DNA from: an uncultured Chloroflexia bacterium
Lineage (GTDB): Bacteria > Chloroflexota > Limnocylindria > Limnocylindrales > CSP1-4
DNA: 64,000 nt
Direction: 5' to 3'
Assembly (NCBI GenBank): GCA_963790955.1
Contig: CAWBQM010000005.1
Coordinates: 131,409 to 195,408, forward strand
The notes below the pieces were generated by a model, which searched no databases, was not told the origin of the DNA, and worked only from the letters and a program-made list of their open reading frames with translations. Position numbers and translations under genes: made by a program. Below are positions 34,257 to 44,863 of the stretch, one piece after another (position 1 is the stretch's first letter; each line of letters begins with the position of its first letter).

Positions 34257-36009
34257 ATGGCCGGCGACCTGATCGTGATCGAGCTGCGCGCCGAGCCCGA
34301 CGTGGTGACGGCCCGCGCCCGGGCTCGCGACATCGCGCGGTCCGTGGGGCTCGGCGGGCACGACCCGGCGCGGCTCGCGACGGCGGTGTCGGAGGTCGCC
34401 CGGAATGCGGTTGCGTACGCCGGCGGCGGGCGGGTCGAGTTCTCCGTCGCCGACGGCCGGCGGCTTCTCGTCAACATCCGCGACGAGGGTCCGGGTATCG
34501 CGCGACGTTGGGGCCGTGCTCGACGGCGCGGATGCGCCCGACGCGACGGGCATCGTCCGCGCCCGCCGGATGGTCGATGGACTGGCGATCGACTCGCGGC
34601 CGGGATCGACGCTCGTGACCCTCGAGAAGGACCTGCCCCGGTCCGTCGAGTGGTCGAGCGTCGTCGCCAGGCTGCGGCCCGATCTCGTTCGTCCGCCCTC
34701 GCCCGGTCAGGAGCTGGACGAGCAGACCCTGGCACTGACTCGCGCGCTCGACGAGCTGCGCCGCCGGCAGGACGATCAGGACCGACTCGAGCGCGAGCTC
34801 GAGGAGACGAACCGAGGCGTCGTCGCGCTGTATGCCGAGCTCGACGATCGGGCCGAGCGGCTGCGCGACGCCGATCAGGCGAAGTCGCGCTTCCTGTCGA
34901 GCGTGAGCCACGAGCTGCGCACCCCGCTCAACTCGATGATCGCCTTGGCGTCGCTGCTGCTCGACCGCGTGGACGGACCGCTGACCGAGCGCCAGGAGAA
35001 GCAGGTCGGGTTCATCCAGCGCTCCGCGCAGGAACTCCTCGGGTTGGTCGACGACCTGCTCGACCTGGCCAAGATCGAGGCGGGGCACGTGGAGGTGACC
35101 ACCGCGCCGTTCGCGCTCGACTCGCTCTTCGGCGCCCTGCGGGGCGCCCTTCGGCCACTCCTGGTGCGGGACGAGGTTGCGCTCGTGTTCGACGACACGG
35201 ACGCCCTGCCCATGCTCGAGACCGACGAGCGCAAGCTTGCCCAGATCGTGCGGAACTTCGTATCGAACGCCCTCAAGTTCACCGAGCGCGGCGAGGTCCG
35301 TGTCTCGGCCTCGCTGACGCACGCGGGCGAGTCGGTCCGGATCTGCGTCGCCGACACCGGCATCGGCATCGCGCCCGAGGACCAGGACCGCATCTTCGAT
35401 GAATTCACGCAGGTGCCGGGCCGGCTCCAGGCCCACGCGAAGGGCACCGGCCTGGGGCTGGCGCTCTCGCGCCAGCTGGCCGGCCTGCTCGGGGGCGCGG
35501 TCGGCGTGGACAGCCGCGCCGGACAGGGCAGCACGTTCTGGGTCGAGATCCCCGTCCGCCACGCCTCGGTCGGGCGCCTGGACAGCCCGGCGCCAGGCCT
35601 TCGCGTGCGCAGCGTCCTCATCGTCGACGACGATCCGGTGTCGCGCTACCTGGTCGGCCAGGCGCTCGAGGAGGACGGGGTGGCGATCATCGAATCTGCG
35701 AGTGGAGCGGCGGGACTCGCACGAGCCCGATCCGAGCGTCCGGACCTGGTCGTGCTCGACCTGTCCCTGCCCGACATGGATGGCTCGGCAGTGCTCGAAC
35801 GCCTGCACGCCGATGCGGCCTCGGCGACCATTCCGGTCGTGATCTACACGTCGCGCCGACTCGACCCTGCCGAGCGGACGGCCCTCGAGCGTGACGCGGC
35901 AGCCGTCGTGGTCAAGGGCACGGACGCTCGGGGCGAACTACGGGACGCCGTTCGGGTCGTGCTCGATCGGTCGAAATCCAGGACCGGGACGGAGGTCACC
36001 AATGCTTGA
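34257..36009 (+). CDS. Hybrid sensor histidine kinase: N-terminal anti-sigma-like HATPase, coiled coil, HisKA, HATPase_c, REC; one frameshift near 34500
   Basis: The N-part is in the frame of ORF 33714..35402 (ATAVSEVARNAVAYAGGGRVEF...IRDEGPGI). The rest is ORF 34405..36009 (FLSSVSHELRTPLNS; GTGLGLALS; VLIVDDDPVSR...DLSLPDMDG). Confidence 0.75.
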
Positions 36010-37867
36010 CCTGTCCTCGCCGAGCGACGCGGGCGCTCGTACCGTGGGTGACGTGATCCTGGTCGTGGACGACAACGAGGCCGGCCGTTACGCCACCAGC
36101 CGTCTGCTCGAATCCGAGGGCTACACGGTCCTCCAGGCATCGACCGGATCCGAGGCGCTCGAGCTGCTGTCCGAGGAGCCGGACCTCATCGTGCTGGACG
36201 TGAACCTGCCCGACATGAGCGGCTTCGACGTCGCCCGCACGATCAGACGGCGGCTCACCCAGCGCGTGCCGGTCCTGCAAGTTTCGGCGACGTCACTCGA
36301 CAGTCGCTCCCACGTCGTCGGGCTCGAAGCCGGCGCGGACGCGTACCTCACGGAGCCGGTCGAGCGCGGCATCCTCCTGGCCACGATCCAGTCGCTGCTG
36401 CGCGCGGCTCGCGCCGAGCGAGAAGCGGTGCGCCGCGCACGGGAGTGGCAGACGACGTTCGACGCGATCGCGAGTCCGCTGGCGTTGCTCGATCCGCAGG
36501 GTCGCGTCGTCCGCGCGAACCACGCCATGGCCGAGCTGCTCGATTGTCCTGAGGAGGCGTGCGTCGGACGTGTCGTTGCCGATGCCATCGATCCCGAGCA
36601 CGCCATCGAGGCTCTCCATACGACCGACGCGACGAACCAGGACCGCCGCCACGTCCCGGAGGTGCGGGTCGGGGATCGCTGGTTCCAGGCAACGATCGAC
36701 CCGCGCCGGGACGACGGTCGCGTCATCGGCTTCGTCATCGCCCTGACCGATGTGACCGAGGCCCGTACGGCGACCGTCTCCGCCGAGGTCCAGTTCGGTG
36801 CCGCCCAGGCGGCGCACCATCTGCTCGAGGTCGTCGTGCAGCAGTTGCCGGTCGGCCTGATCGTGGCCGAAGCACCGAGCGGCCGCGTCCTCGTCGCCAA
36901 CGAGGAGGCGCAGCGCGTGTGGGGCGCGCCGATCCCGGCCGGCATCCCCATCGGCGAGCGCGAGCCGCGCCCGCGACTCCGGCGCGACGGCGACTGGCTC
37001 GACCGCCGGGCTCTGTCGATCTATGCCGCGCTCGAAGGCCGAGAGCAGGGCGACGAATCCGAGATCGAGCTCGAGCGGCCGGACGGCTCGGAGGTCGCGG
37101 TAGAGATGACGTCGGCGCCGGTCAGGGACGACGCCGGCAAGATCGTTGCGGCCGTCGCGGTGCTCGAGGACATCTCCGAGCGCGTCGCGAACGAGCAGCT
37201 GCGGGAGGCCTTCGTGGGCATGCTCTCGCACGAGCTCCGGACGCCGATCACCACGATCTACGGCGGCACCCAGGTGCTCGCCCGGCGCGGCTCGTCCCTG
37301 CCGGACGAGACGGTGCGCCAGATCGTCGAGGACATCGCGGGTGAGGCCAACCGCCTCCAGCGCATCGCCGAGAACCTGCTGGTGGTGACCCGCATCGAAC
37401 GCGGCGCCACGCTCGGCAGCCAGGAGCCGATCCTGCTCCAGCGCCTCGCCCAGCGGGTGGTGGAGACGGAGGGGCAGCATTGGCCGTCGATGCGGATCGC
37501 GCTCTCCCTGGCGGCGTGCCCGGCCGTCGCGGGTGACGAGGGGCAGGTCGAGCTCGTCATCCGGAATCTGGTCTCGAACGCCGGCAAGTACGGCGGGGAC
37601 GAGGTCGAGGTCGCCGTCGCCGCGGCGGAGGGCGAGGTCCAGCTGCGGGTCCTCGATCGCGGCCCGGGCCTGCCGCCGGAGGATGAGGGCGACCTGTTCG
37701 CCCTGTTCTACCGCTCGTCGCGGACCGCCGGCAAGGCGACGGGCACGGGCATCGGCCTGTTCGTGGTCCGGTCGCTCGTCGAGCGCATGGGTGGCCGGGC
37801 ATGGGCGCGCAACCGCGACGGTGGCGGTGCGGAGTTCGGGTTCGCGCTGCCCGACTACGACGATTAG
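36002..37867 (+). CDS. REC-PAS-PAS-HisKA-HATPase sensor histidine kinase/response regulator hybrid
   Basis: The ATG overlaps the upstream stop. VILVVDDNEAGRY...LDVNLPDMSG is REC. FVGMLSHELRTPITTI is the H-box. GTGIGLFVV is the G2 box. Confidence 0.85.
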   Translation: MLDLSSPSDAGARTVGDVILVVDDNEAGRYATSRLLESEGYTVLQASTGSEALELLSEEPDLIVLDVNLPDMSGFDVARTIRRRLTQRVPVLQVSATSLDSRSHVVGLEAGADAYLTEPVERGILLATIQSLLRAARAEREAVRRAREWQTTFDAIASPLALLDPQGRVVRANHAMAELLDCPEEACVGRVVADAIDPEHAIEALHTTDATNQDRRHVPEVRVGDRWFQATIDPRRDDGRVIGFVIALTDVTEARTATVSAEVQFGAAQAAHHLLEVVVQQLPVGLIVAEAPSGRVLVANEEAQRVWGAPIPAGIPIGEREPRPRLRRDGDWLDRRALSIYAALEGREQGDESEIELERPDGSEVAVEMTSAPVRDDAGKIVAAVAVLEDISERVANEQLREAFVGMLSHELRTPITTIYGGTQVLARRGSSLPDETVRQIVEDIAGEANRLQRIAENLLVVTRIERGATLGSQEPILLQRLAQRVVETEGQHWPSMRIALSLAACPAVAGDEGQVELVIRNLVSNAGKYGGDEVEVAVAAAEGEVQLRVLDRGPGLPPEDEGDLFALFYRSSRTAGKATGTGIGLFVVRSLVERMGGRAWARNRDGGGAEFGFALPDYDD

Positions 37868-38069
37868 GTCGCCGACCCGGCCTCGGAATGAGCCCGACCT
37901 ACCGGCCGCGGCCCGTGCATACTTGCGGTCCGAGCGTGCCGGCTGGTCGTCACGCCAGATCCCATGAGCGGGGCATGCGCCTGCGCCACATGCACCACCG
38001 TCAATCGCGGCCCGAGACCGGGTCACGCGCACCTCGGCGAGCGTCCACGGACTGGCCGCGAGTCGAGGC

Positions 38070-40094
38070 GTGACCGTCCGCTCGCGTCCCCGTCCCATGC
38101 CGGCCGACGAGCTCGCGGCCGCGCGCGCCCGGATCTCGGAGCTCGAGGCCCTCGAGGCCCAGCGCGAACGCTCGGAGCGCGTGCAGCGGGCCCTGTACCG
38201 CATCGCCGAGGCGGCAGGATCGGCCCACGACCTGGCCGAGTTCTACCGCACGATCCACGGCATCGTCGGCGAACTGATGTACGCCGAGAACTTCTACATC
38301 GCGCTGTACGACGCCGAACGCGAGCGGATGAACTATCCGTACTTCGTGGACGTGACCGATCCGGACATACCGGATCCCAACGCCTGGGAGCCGTTCGGGG
38401 TCGGCCAGGCCCGCGGCGTGACCGCCTACGCCCTGCGCTTGGGCGAGCCGCTGATCATGGATCCGGCGATGTACCAGCGCCTCATCGAGGCCGGTGAGAT
38501 CGAGAAGCTCGGGGTCACGACACAGGACAGCAGCTGGCTCGGCGTGCCGCTACGGGCCGAGGGCCGGACGCTGGGCATGCTCGTCGTCCAGAGCTACAGC
38601 CCGGAGCACCAGTACACGGAAGCGGATCGCGACCTCCTGGCATCGGTCGGCCAGCACGTCGCCTCGGCGCTGACCCGGGCCCGGGCGATCGAGGAGACGC
38701 GGCAGCGGAACGAGGAGCTCGGACTCGTCAACGAGATCGGTCTCGCGCTCGCGCGACAGTTGGACTTCGGCGCGATCATCACCCTCGTCGGCGATCGAAT
38801 CCGCGCGATCTTCCAGGTCGAGACCGGCGGCATCGCGCTCTTCGATGCCGCTTCGAACACGATCGCGCAGCCGTACTTCATCGACCAGGGACAGCGACTC
38901 TCGAGCGCCTCGATGCCACTCGGTCCGGGACTGACCTCCCACGTCATCACGACCGGCTCGCCGCTGCGGCTCAACACGAGCAAGGAATCCGAGGGGCTGG
39001 GCGCGATCGTCGTCGGCTCGGACGAGGCCGAATCCTGGCTCGGCGTCCCGATCCTCGCCGGCGATCGCGTCCTCGGGGTCATCTCGCTCGAGCGCGTCCC
39101 GCCGTTTGCCTTCAGCGAGTCCGACGAGCGCCTCCTGTCGACGCTCGCCTCCAGCATGGGCGTCGCTCTCGAGAACGCGCGCCTCTTTGACGAGACGAAG
39201 CGCCTGCTGGCGGAGACGGATGCACGAGCCGCCGAGCTCGCCATCGTCAACACGGTCCAGCAGGGGCTGGCGGAACGTGTCGACATCCGGTCGATGTACG
39301 ACCTCGTCGGGGACAAGATCACGGAGATCTTCGATGTCCACGGCGTGGACGTCGAGCGGTTCGACCCAACGACGCGCACGATCTACTTCGAATACACCGT
39401 CGAGCGCGGCGAGCGACTCCCCGCGGAGCCGATGGAGCTGATCGGCTTCAGGCGCCAGGTCGTCGAGACGAGGGCTCCGGTCCTCATCAACCGCGACCTG
39501 GCCGGCCGCGCCGCCGAGGCAGGGCAGCCGGCGGTGGTCGCCGGCGAGCTCGCGAAGTCGGCGCTGTTCGTGCCGATGATCGCGGCCGGAGCCGTCACCG
39601 GGATCCTCCTCATCGAGAACCTCGAGCTTGAGGACGCGTTCAACGATTCTGATGTTCGCCTCCTGTCCACGCTCGCCGCCAGCCTGAGCGTCGCGCTCGA
39701 GAACGCGCGGCTGTTCGATGAGACGAGGCGGCTCCTCCAGGAGACCGACGAGCGCGCCGCCGAGCTGGCCGTCGTCAACAGCGTCCAGCAGGGGTTGGCC
39801 GAGAAGCTGGACATGCAGGCGATGTACGACCTGGTCGGCGACAAGATCGCGGAGATCTTCGACGCCCAGGTCGTGTCGATCTCGGTCGTCGACGCAGCCG
39901 ACGGCCTGATCCATTGCCCGTACATGATCGAGCGCGGCGAGCGACTGCTCGACGAGCCGATAGCGGTCGGCGAGGGCATGACCAGCCTCGTGCTGCGGAC
40001 CGGCGAGCCGCTCCTGGTCAACGACGACGTGGCCGGCTGGCAGCGCGAGCACGGGATCGAGGCGGTCGTCCAGGGCGAAGCGCCCGGGCCGTGA
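38070..40094 (+). CDS. Multi-GAF hybrid histidine kinase, segment 1 of 3 (GAF 1-4); the frame breaks near 40078
   Basis: Repeated GAF-like units end in ...VSLERV/LIENL and are joined by the linker [33 protein letters not shown]. The frame continues in the next segment. Confidence 0.8.
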   Translation: MTVRSRPRPMPADELAAARARISELEALEAQRERSERVQRALYRIAEAAGSAHDLAEFYRTIHGIVGELMYAENFYIALYDAERERMNYPYFVDVTDPDIPDPNAWEPFGVGQARGVTAYALRLGEPLIMDPAMYQRLIEAGEIEKLGVTTQDSSWLGVPLRAEGRTLGMLVVQSYSPEHQYTEADRDLLASVGQHVASALTRARAIEETRQRNEELGLVNEIGLALARQLDFGAIITLVGDRIRAIFQVETGGIALFDAASNTIAQPYFIDQGQRLSSASMPLGPGLTSHVITTGSPLRLNTSKESEGLGAIVVGSDEAESWLGVPILAGDRVLGVISLERVPPFAFSESDERLLSTLASSMGVALENARLFDETKRLLAETDARAAELAIVNTVQQGLAERVDIRSMYDLVGDKITEIFDVHGVDVERFDPTTRTIYFEYTVERGERLPAEPMELIGFRRQVVETRAPVLINRDLAGRAAEAGQPAVVAGELAKSALFVPMIAAGAVTGILLIENLELEDAFNDSDVRLLSTLAASLSVALENARLFDETRRLLQETDERAAELAVVNSVQQGLAEKLDMQAMYDLVGDKIAEIFDAQVVSISVVDAADGLIHCPYMIERGERLLDEPIAVGEGMTSLVLRTGEPLLVNDDVAGWQREHGIEAVVQGEAPGP

Positions 40095-41743
40095 TCTTCG
40101 CGCCACTCGTTGCCTCCGGCCGGACCCGCGGCGTGATCTCGGTCCAGAACCTCGACCGCGAGCGCAGCTTCAGTGATTCCGACCTGCGGCTCCTGACGAC
40201 GCTCGCCTCGAGTCTGAGCGTCGCCCTGGAGAACGCGCGGCTGTTCGCGGAGACCCGGCGGCTCCTGCGAGAGACGGACGAGCGGGCGGCCGAGTTGGCG
40301 GTGGTCAACAGCGTTCAGCAGGGCCTGGCCGAGAACCTCGACATGCAGACGATGTACGACCTCGTCGGCGACAAGATCCAGGAGATCTTCGACGCGCAGG
40401 TCGTCGACATCGGCATCCTCGACCAGACCGACGGTCTCATCCACTTCCCGTACACGATCGAGCGCGGCCGGCGCTTCCCGGACGAGCCGCACGCTCCGAT
40501 CGGGTTCACGGAGGAGACCCTTCGGACTCGTCGGCCCATTCTCGTGAACGACATCGCGGCATACCACGCCCAGCGCGGCGAGGAGCCACCGGCGCCAATC
40601 CAGGGCGAGCCGTCGAAGGCGGTGTTGTTCGCGCCGCTCATCGTGGGCGCCGAGGTTCGGGGTCGCATCTCGCTCCAGAACCTCGATCGAACGGACGCCT
40701 TCAGCGATTCGGACGTCCGCCTCCTGACGACCATCGCGGGGAGCCTCAGTGTCGCGCTCGAGAACGCGCGCCTGTTCGACGAGACCAAGCGCCTGCTCAA
40801 GGAGACCGACGAGCGGGCAGCCGAGCTGTCGGTCGTCAACAGCGTCCAGCAGGGCCTGGCGGCCAGGCTCGACATGCAGTCGATGTACGACCTGGTCGGC
40901 GACAAGATCCACGGGATCTTCGATGCCCAGTCGGTCGACATCTCGGTCATCGACCTCGAAGCCGGCGTGGCGCGGTTCCCATACGTGATCGAACGCGACG
41001 AGCGGCTGCCCGACGAGCCTCAGCCGCTCGAAGGGACCGTGCGTGGACATATCGTGCGGACGAAGAAGACCCTGCTCGTCAACCGCGACATGTACACCTT
41101 CGCGACGGAGCACGGGATCGCCTGGGTCATCCAGGGTGAGGAACCGCGGGCCGCCCTGTGGGTTCCGCTCGTGACCGGCGACGAGGTGCGGGGCATCATC
41201 TCGCTCCAGAACCTGGACCACGAGGACGCCTTCAGTGACAGCGACGTCCGGCTCCTCGAGACGCTCGCCTCGAGTCTCGCGGTCGCGCTCGAGAACGCCC
41301 GTCTGTTCGACGAGACGCGTCGCCTGCTGGCGGAGACCGACCAGCGCGCGGCCGAGCTCTCGATCATCAACAGCGTCCAGCGCGGGCTCGCCAGCCAGCT
41401 CGAGACCCAGGCGATGTACGAGCTCGTCGGCGACAAGATCCAGGACATCTTCGACGCTCAGGTCGTCGACATCGGACTCTACGATCCGGAGTCGGACATG
41501 GTCACGTTCGCCTACACCATCGAGCGCGGCCAGCGTTTCCCGGTCGAGGCGATGCCGCTCGTCGGCTTCCGCAAGCACGTCGTGGACACCGGTCAGCCAC
41601 TGGTGGTCGATGACCTCCCGGGCATGGCCGAGGCGTACGGCAATCCCGCGGTGATCGTCGGCGAGCCGGCCAAGTCGGCGATGTTCGTGCCGCTGATGGT
41701 CGGCGAGCGGGTCGAGGGCATCGTCTCCGTCCAGAAATCTTGA
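40082..41743 (+). CDS. Multi-GAF hybrid histidine kinase, segment 2 of 3 (GAF 4-7); the frame breaks at the AAA run 41735-41737
   Basis: [23 protein letters not shown] continues segment 1 after a 1-nt deletion. It ends IVSVQKS-stop, whereas removing one A restores [21 protein letters not shown]. Confidence 0.8.
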   Translation, partial: ARAVIFAPLVASGRTRGVISVQNLDRERSFSDSDLRLLTTLASSLSVALENARLFAETRRLLRETDERAAELAVVNSVQQGLAENLDMQTMYDLVGDKIQEIFDAQVVDIGILDQTDGLIHFPYTIERGRRFPDEPHAPIGFTEETLRTRRPILVNDIAAYHAQRGEEPPAPIQGEPSKAVLFAPLIVGAEVRGRISLQNLDRTDAFSDSDVRLLTTIAGSLSVALENARLFDETKRLLKETDERAAELSVVNSVQQGLAARLDMQSMYDLVGDKIHGIFDAQSVDISVIDLEAGVARFPYVIERDERLPDEPQPLEGTVRGHIVRTKKTLLVNRDMYTFATEHGIAWVIQGEEPRAALWVPLVTGDEVRGIISLQNLDHEDAFSDSDVRLLETLASSLAVALENARLFDETRRLLAETDQRAAELSIINSVQRGLASQLETQAMYELVGDKIQDIFDAQVVDIGLYDPESDMVTFAYTIERGQRFPVEAMPLVGFRKHVVDTGQPLVVDDLPGMAEAYGNPAVIVGEPAKSAMFVPLMVGERVEGIVSVQKS

Positions 41744-44489
41744 CCGGCTAGGCGCCTTTTCCGAATCCGACCAGCGGCTGCTCACGACGCTCGGGGCGAG
41801 CCTGAGCGTCGCCCTGCAGAACGCGCGCCTGGTGGCCGAGACCCGCCAGCGCGTGACCGAGCTGGGCACGATCAACCGGATCGGCCAGGCGGTTGCCGAG
41901 CGGCTGGACCTGGCCCCGCTCATCGAGCTCGTGGGCGATCAGATCCGCGCCGCATTCCAGGCCGACATCGCGTACGTCGCGCTCCTGAACGAGGAGGCCG
42001 ACCTTGTCGACTTCGCGTATTACGTCGAGGACGGCGTGCATACGCCCCAGTCGCAGCTGCCCCACGGCACCGGCCTGACGTGGCGCATCATCGATGGCCG
42101 CGTACCGCTCCTGCTCAATCGTCAAACGGACTGGGAGCGCCTGGGCACCCGCGGCGTGGGCACCCTCGCGCGCTCGTTCCTCGGCGTGCCGATCCTCGCC
42201 GGGGAACGCTCGATCGGGGCCCTGAGCGTGCAGAGCACACGCGAGGAGGGCCGCTTCGGCGAGTCGGATCGGCGACTGCTGGCCACGATCGCCGCGAACG
42301 TCGGTTCGGCCATCAACAATGCCCTGCTGTACCAGGAGACGGTCCGCCGCGGCGATGAGATGGCCGCGCTGGCCGAGGTCGGCCGCGAGATGTCGGCGAT
42401 GCTCGACCTGTCGGCTGTCCTCGAGCGGATCGCCGCCAAGGCGAGAACCCTGCTCGATGCCGACAACAGCGCCGTCTATCTGCCGGATCCCGACGGCGAG
42501 AATTTGCACGCGATCGTCGCCCTCGGCCCGATCGCCGAGGCCATCCGCTCGTCGCCCATCGAGCCCGGTCAGGGGATCCTGGGCGACCTGGTGGCACGGG
42601 GTCAGGGCGAGGTCGTCAACGACACGTCGCGCGACCCGCGGGTCGTGCACATCCCGGGCACGGGCAACGAGCCCGACCGGCTGATGGCGGCGCCGCTGAT
42701 GGCTCGCGGCGGCGTGTCCGGGATCATGGCCGTCTGGCGACCCGTCAGCGAGCCCGGCTTCACGTCTGCCGACCTCAACTTCCTGATCGGGCTCTCGCAG
42801 CAGGCGGCCGTCGCGATCGAGAACGCGCGGCTGTTCGCCGATGCCCAGGAGGCCCGCGAGTCGGCGGAGCAGGCGAACGAGGCGAAGAGCAGCTTCCTCG
42901 CGGCCATGAGCCACGAGATCCGGACGCCGCTCAACGCCATCATCGGCATGAGCGGCCTACTCCTCGACAGTGGTCTCAACGAGGAGCAGCGCGACTTCGC
43001 GGACACTGTGCGGACATCAGGAGACGCCCTCCTGACGATCATCAACGATGTCCTCGACTTCTCGAAGATCGAGGCCGGTCGGGTCGATCTCGACGCGTCG
43101 CCGTTCGTGCTCCGGGAGGCGATCGAGGCCGCGCTCGACATCCTCGCCCCGACCGCGTCCAAGAAGGGCCTGGAGCTCGTGTACGCGATCGACGAGGACC
43201 TGCCGCCGCTGCTCGTGGGCGACGGCGGGCGCTTGCGCCAGGTCATCCTGAACCTGCTCTCGAACGCGGTGAAGTTCACCGAACGGGGCGAGGTCGTGGT
43301 CACCGTCGGCGGAACGCGACTGCACGGCGGTCGTGGCCGACCGCGCTGGGAGATCCGGGTCGACGTGCGTGACACGGGCATCGGCATACCGCCCGGCGCC
43401 ATGGATCGCCTGTTCCAGTCGTTCAGCCAGGTCGACGCCTCGATCGCGCGCCGCTATGGCGGCACCGGCCTGGGTCTGGCGATCAGCCGGCGGCTCGCGG
43501 AGCTCATGGACGGCTCGCTCGCGGCCAACAGCACCGGCGTGACCGGCGAGGGCAGCACGTTCCACCTCGTCGTGCGCATGCCCGAGGCCGCGCCCGACGC
43601 GATCGCGCCCACCCGCCAGCCGCGGATCGCCGCGAATCTCGGCGGCCGGACGGTGCTCATCGTCGACGACAACGTGACGAACCGGCGCATCCTCGTCGCC
43701 CAGACGGCGCGCTGGGGCATGGTGCCGCGCGAGACCAGCTCGCCCGAGGAGGCCCTCGCCTGGTTGCGTGACCGGCAGCGGTTCGACATCGCCCTGTTCG
43801 ACCTGCTCATGCCCGAGATGGATGGCCTGGAGCTGGCCGCCTCGGTCGCCGGGCTGCGCGCCAAGAAGCCGATGCCGGTCGTCATCCTGTCCTCGGTCGG
43901 GCTCGCCGACCGCGATGCGGCCCATGTCGCGGCGTGGCTGGCCAAGCCGGTCAAGCCGTCGGCCCTGCACGACACGATCGCGACCGTGCTCCTCGGCCCG
44001 GCCGTGGCCAAGGCGCCCCCGCCGGTGCAGCCCGCGAGCCGGTCGGGAGCGTCCGATGGCGGCCGCCTGCTCGGCGAGCGGCACCCACTCCGGATCCTCC
44101 TGGCCGAGGACAATCCGGTGAACCAGAAGCTCGCGCTACGCCTGCTCCAGCAGCTCGCGTATGTGGCCGACGTGGCGGGAGACGGGCTGCAGGCGATCGA
44201 GGCGATCGAGCGCGAGCCGTACGACGTCGTGCTCATGGACGTCCAGATGCCCGAGCTCGACGGGCTGGAGGCGACACGTCGGATCCGCGCCCGCTGGCCG
44301 GATCGGCGCCTGCCGATCATCGCCATGACCGCGAACGCGATGGCCGGCGACCGCGAGGCATGTCTGGCCGCCGGCATGAACGACTACATCAGCAAGCCCA
44401 TTCGGCCGGCAGAGCTGGCCGCGGCCCTGGCGCGGGTACCGTCCGCGGACGAGTCGGGCGACGGCGTCGCGGCGGGAGTGCCGTCATGA
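41736..44489 (+). CDS. Multi-GAF hybrid histidine kinase, segment 3 of 3 (GAF 8-9, HisKA, HATPase_c, REC, REC)
   Basis: [18 protein letters not shown] is the H-box, and [10 protein letters not shown] is also present. The two REC domains are [12 protein letters not shown]...DLLMPEMDG and [12 protein letters not shown]...DVQMPELDG. Confidence 0.85.
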   Translation, partial: NLDRLGAFSESDQRLLTTLGASLSVALQNARLVAETRQRVTELGTINRIGQAVAERLDLAPLIELVGDQIRAAFQADIAYVALLNEEADLVDFAYYVEDGVHTPQSQLPHGTGLTWRIIDGRVPLLLNRQTDWERLGTRGVGTLARSFLGVPILAGERSIGALSVQSTREEGRFGESDRRLLATIAANVGSAINNALLYQETVRRGDEMAALAEVGREMSAMLDLSAVLERIAAKARTLLDADNSAVYLPDPDGENLHAIVALGPIAEAIRSSPIEPGQGILGDLVARGQGEVVNDTSRDPRVVHIPGTGNEPDRLMAAPLMARGGVSGIMAVWRPVSEPGFTSADLNFLIGLSQQAAVAIENARLFADAQEARESAEQANEAKSSFLAAMSHEIRTPLNAIIGMSGLLLDSGLNEEQRDFADTVRTSGDALLTIINDVLDFSKIEAGRVDLDASPFVLREAIEAALDILAPTASKKGLELVYAIDEDLPPLLVGDGGRLRQVILNLLSNAVKFTERGEVVVTVGGTRLHGGRGRPRWEIRVDVRDTGIGIPPGAMDRLFQSFSQVDASIARRYGGTGLGLAISRRLAELMDGSLAANSTGVTGEGSTFHLVVRMPEAAPDAIAPTRQPRIAANLGGRTVLIVDDNVTNRRILVAQTARWGMVPRETSSPEEALAWLRDRQRFDIALFDLLMPEMDGLELAASVAGLRAKKPMPVVILSSVGLADRDAAHVAAWLAKPVKPSALHDTIATVLLGPAVAKAPPPVQPASRSGASDGGRLLGERHPLRILLAEDNPVNQKLALRLLQQLAYVADVAGDGLQAIEAIEREPYDVVLMDVQMPELDGLEATRRIRARWPDRRLPIIAMTANAMAGDREACLAAGMNDYISKPIRPAELAAALARVPSADESGDGVAAGVPS

Positions 44490-44863
44490 ACGAGCCTGGT
44501 GCGGCCAGCCTCGACGAGACGGTCCTCGCAGCGCTCAGCGACTCCGTCGGCGGCGACGAGGCATTCGTGGCCGATCTCGTGGAGACGTATCTGGCCGACG
44601 CGGAGACACAGCTCGTCGCGATCGAGGCCGCCGTGGCCGACGACGACGCCGCGGCGCTGGTCCGCCCGGCGCACACCCTCAAGAGCGCGAGCAACACGCT
44701 CGGGGCGCTGCGCCTCGGCGAGCTGTGCCGGTCGCTCGAGCAGCGTGGCCGGACCGGTCAGCTCGACGGGGCGCCGGCGGACGCGGCGGCCGCGCGGACG
44801 GAGTGGGGGAGCGTGCGGACTGCGCTCGAGGCATGGCTCAAACGGGATGGAACCGCGTCGTGA
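44486..44863 (+). CDS. Hpt (histidine phosphotransfer) domain protein
   Basis: The ATG overlaps the HK stop (ATGA). [15 protein letters not shown] carries the phospho-accepting His motif. Confidence 0.8.
   Translation: MNEPGAASLDETVLAALSDSVGGDEAFVADLVETYLADAETQLVAIEAAVADDDAAALVRPAHTLKSASNTLGALRLGELCRSLEQRGRTGQLDGAPADAAAARTEWGSVRTALEAWLKRDGTAS

Noticed and set aside
31940-34510. Programmed ribosomal frameshifting or recoding as an explanation for the clustered frame breaks.
   Set aside because: There are too many breaks (one every roughly 60-200 nt), in both directions, with no recurring slippery heptamer or downstream structure. Indel error or decay is far more parsimonious.
36293-41923. 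Long minus-strand ORFs 36293..38203, 38550..40106 and 39383..41923 (518-846 aa).
   Set aside because: All are antisense to the kinase genes, which carry clear H-box, G-box and GAF motifs. Their translations are low-complexity (R/D/E/L/V) mirror images of the sense repeats.
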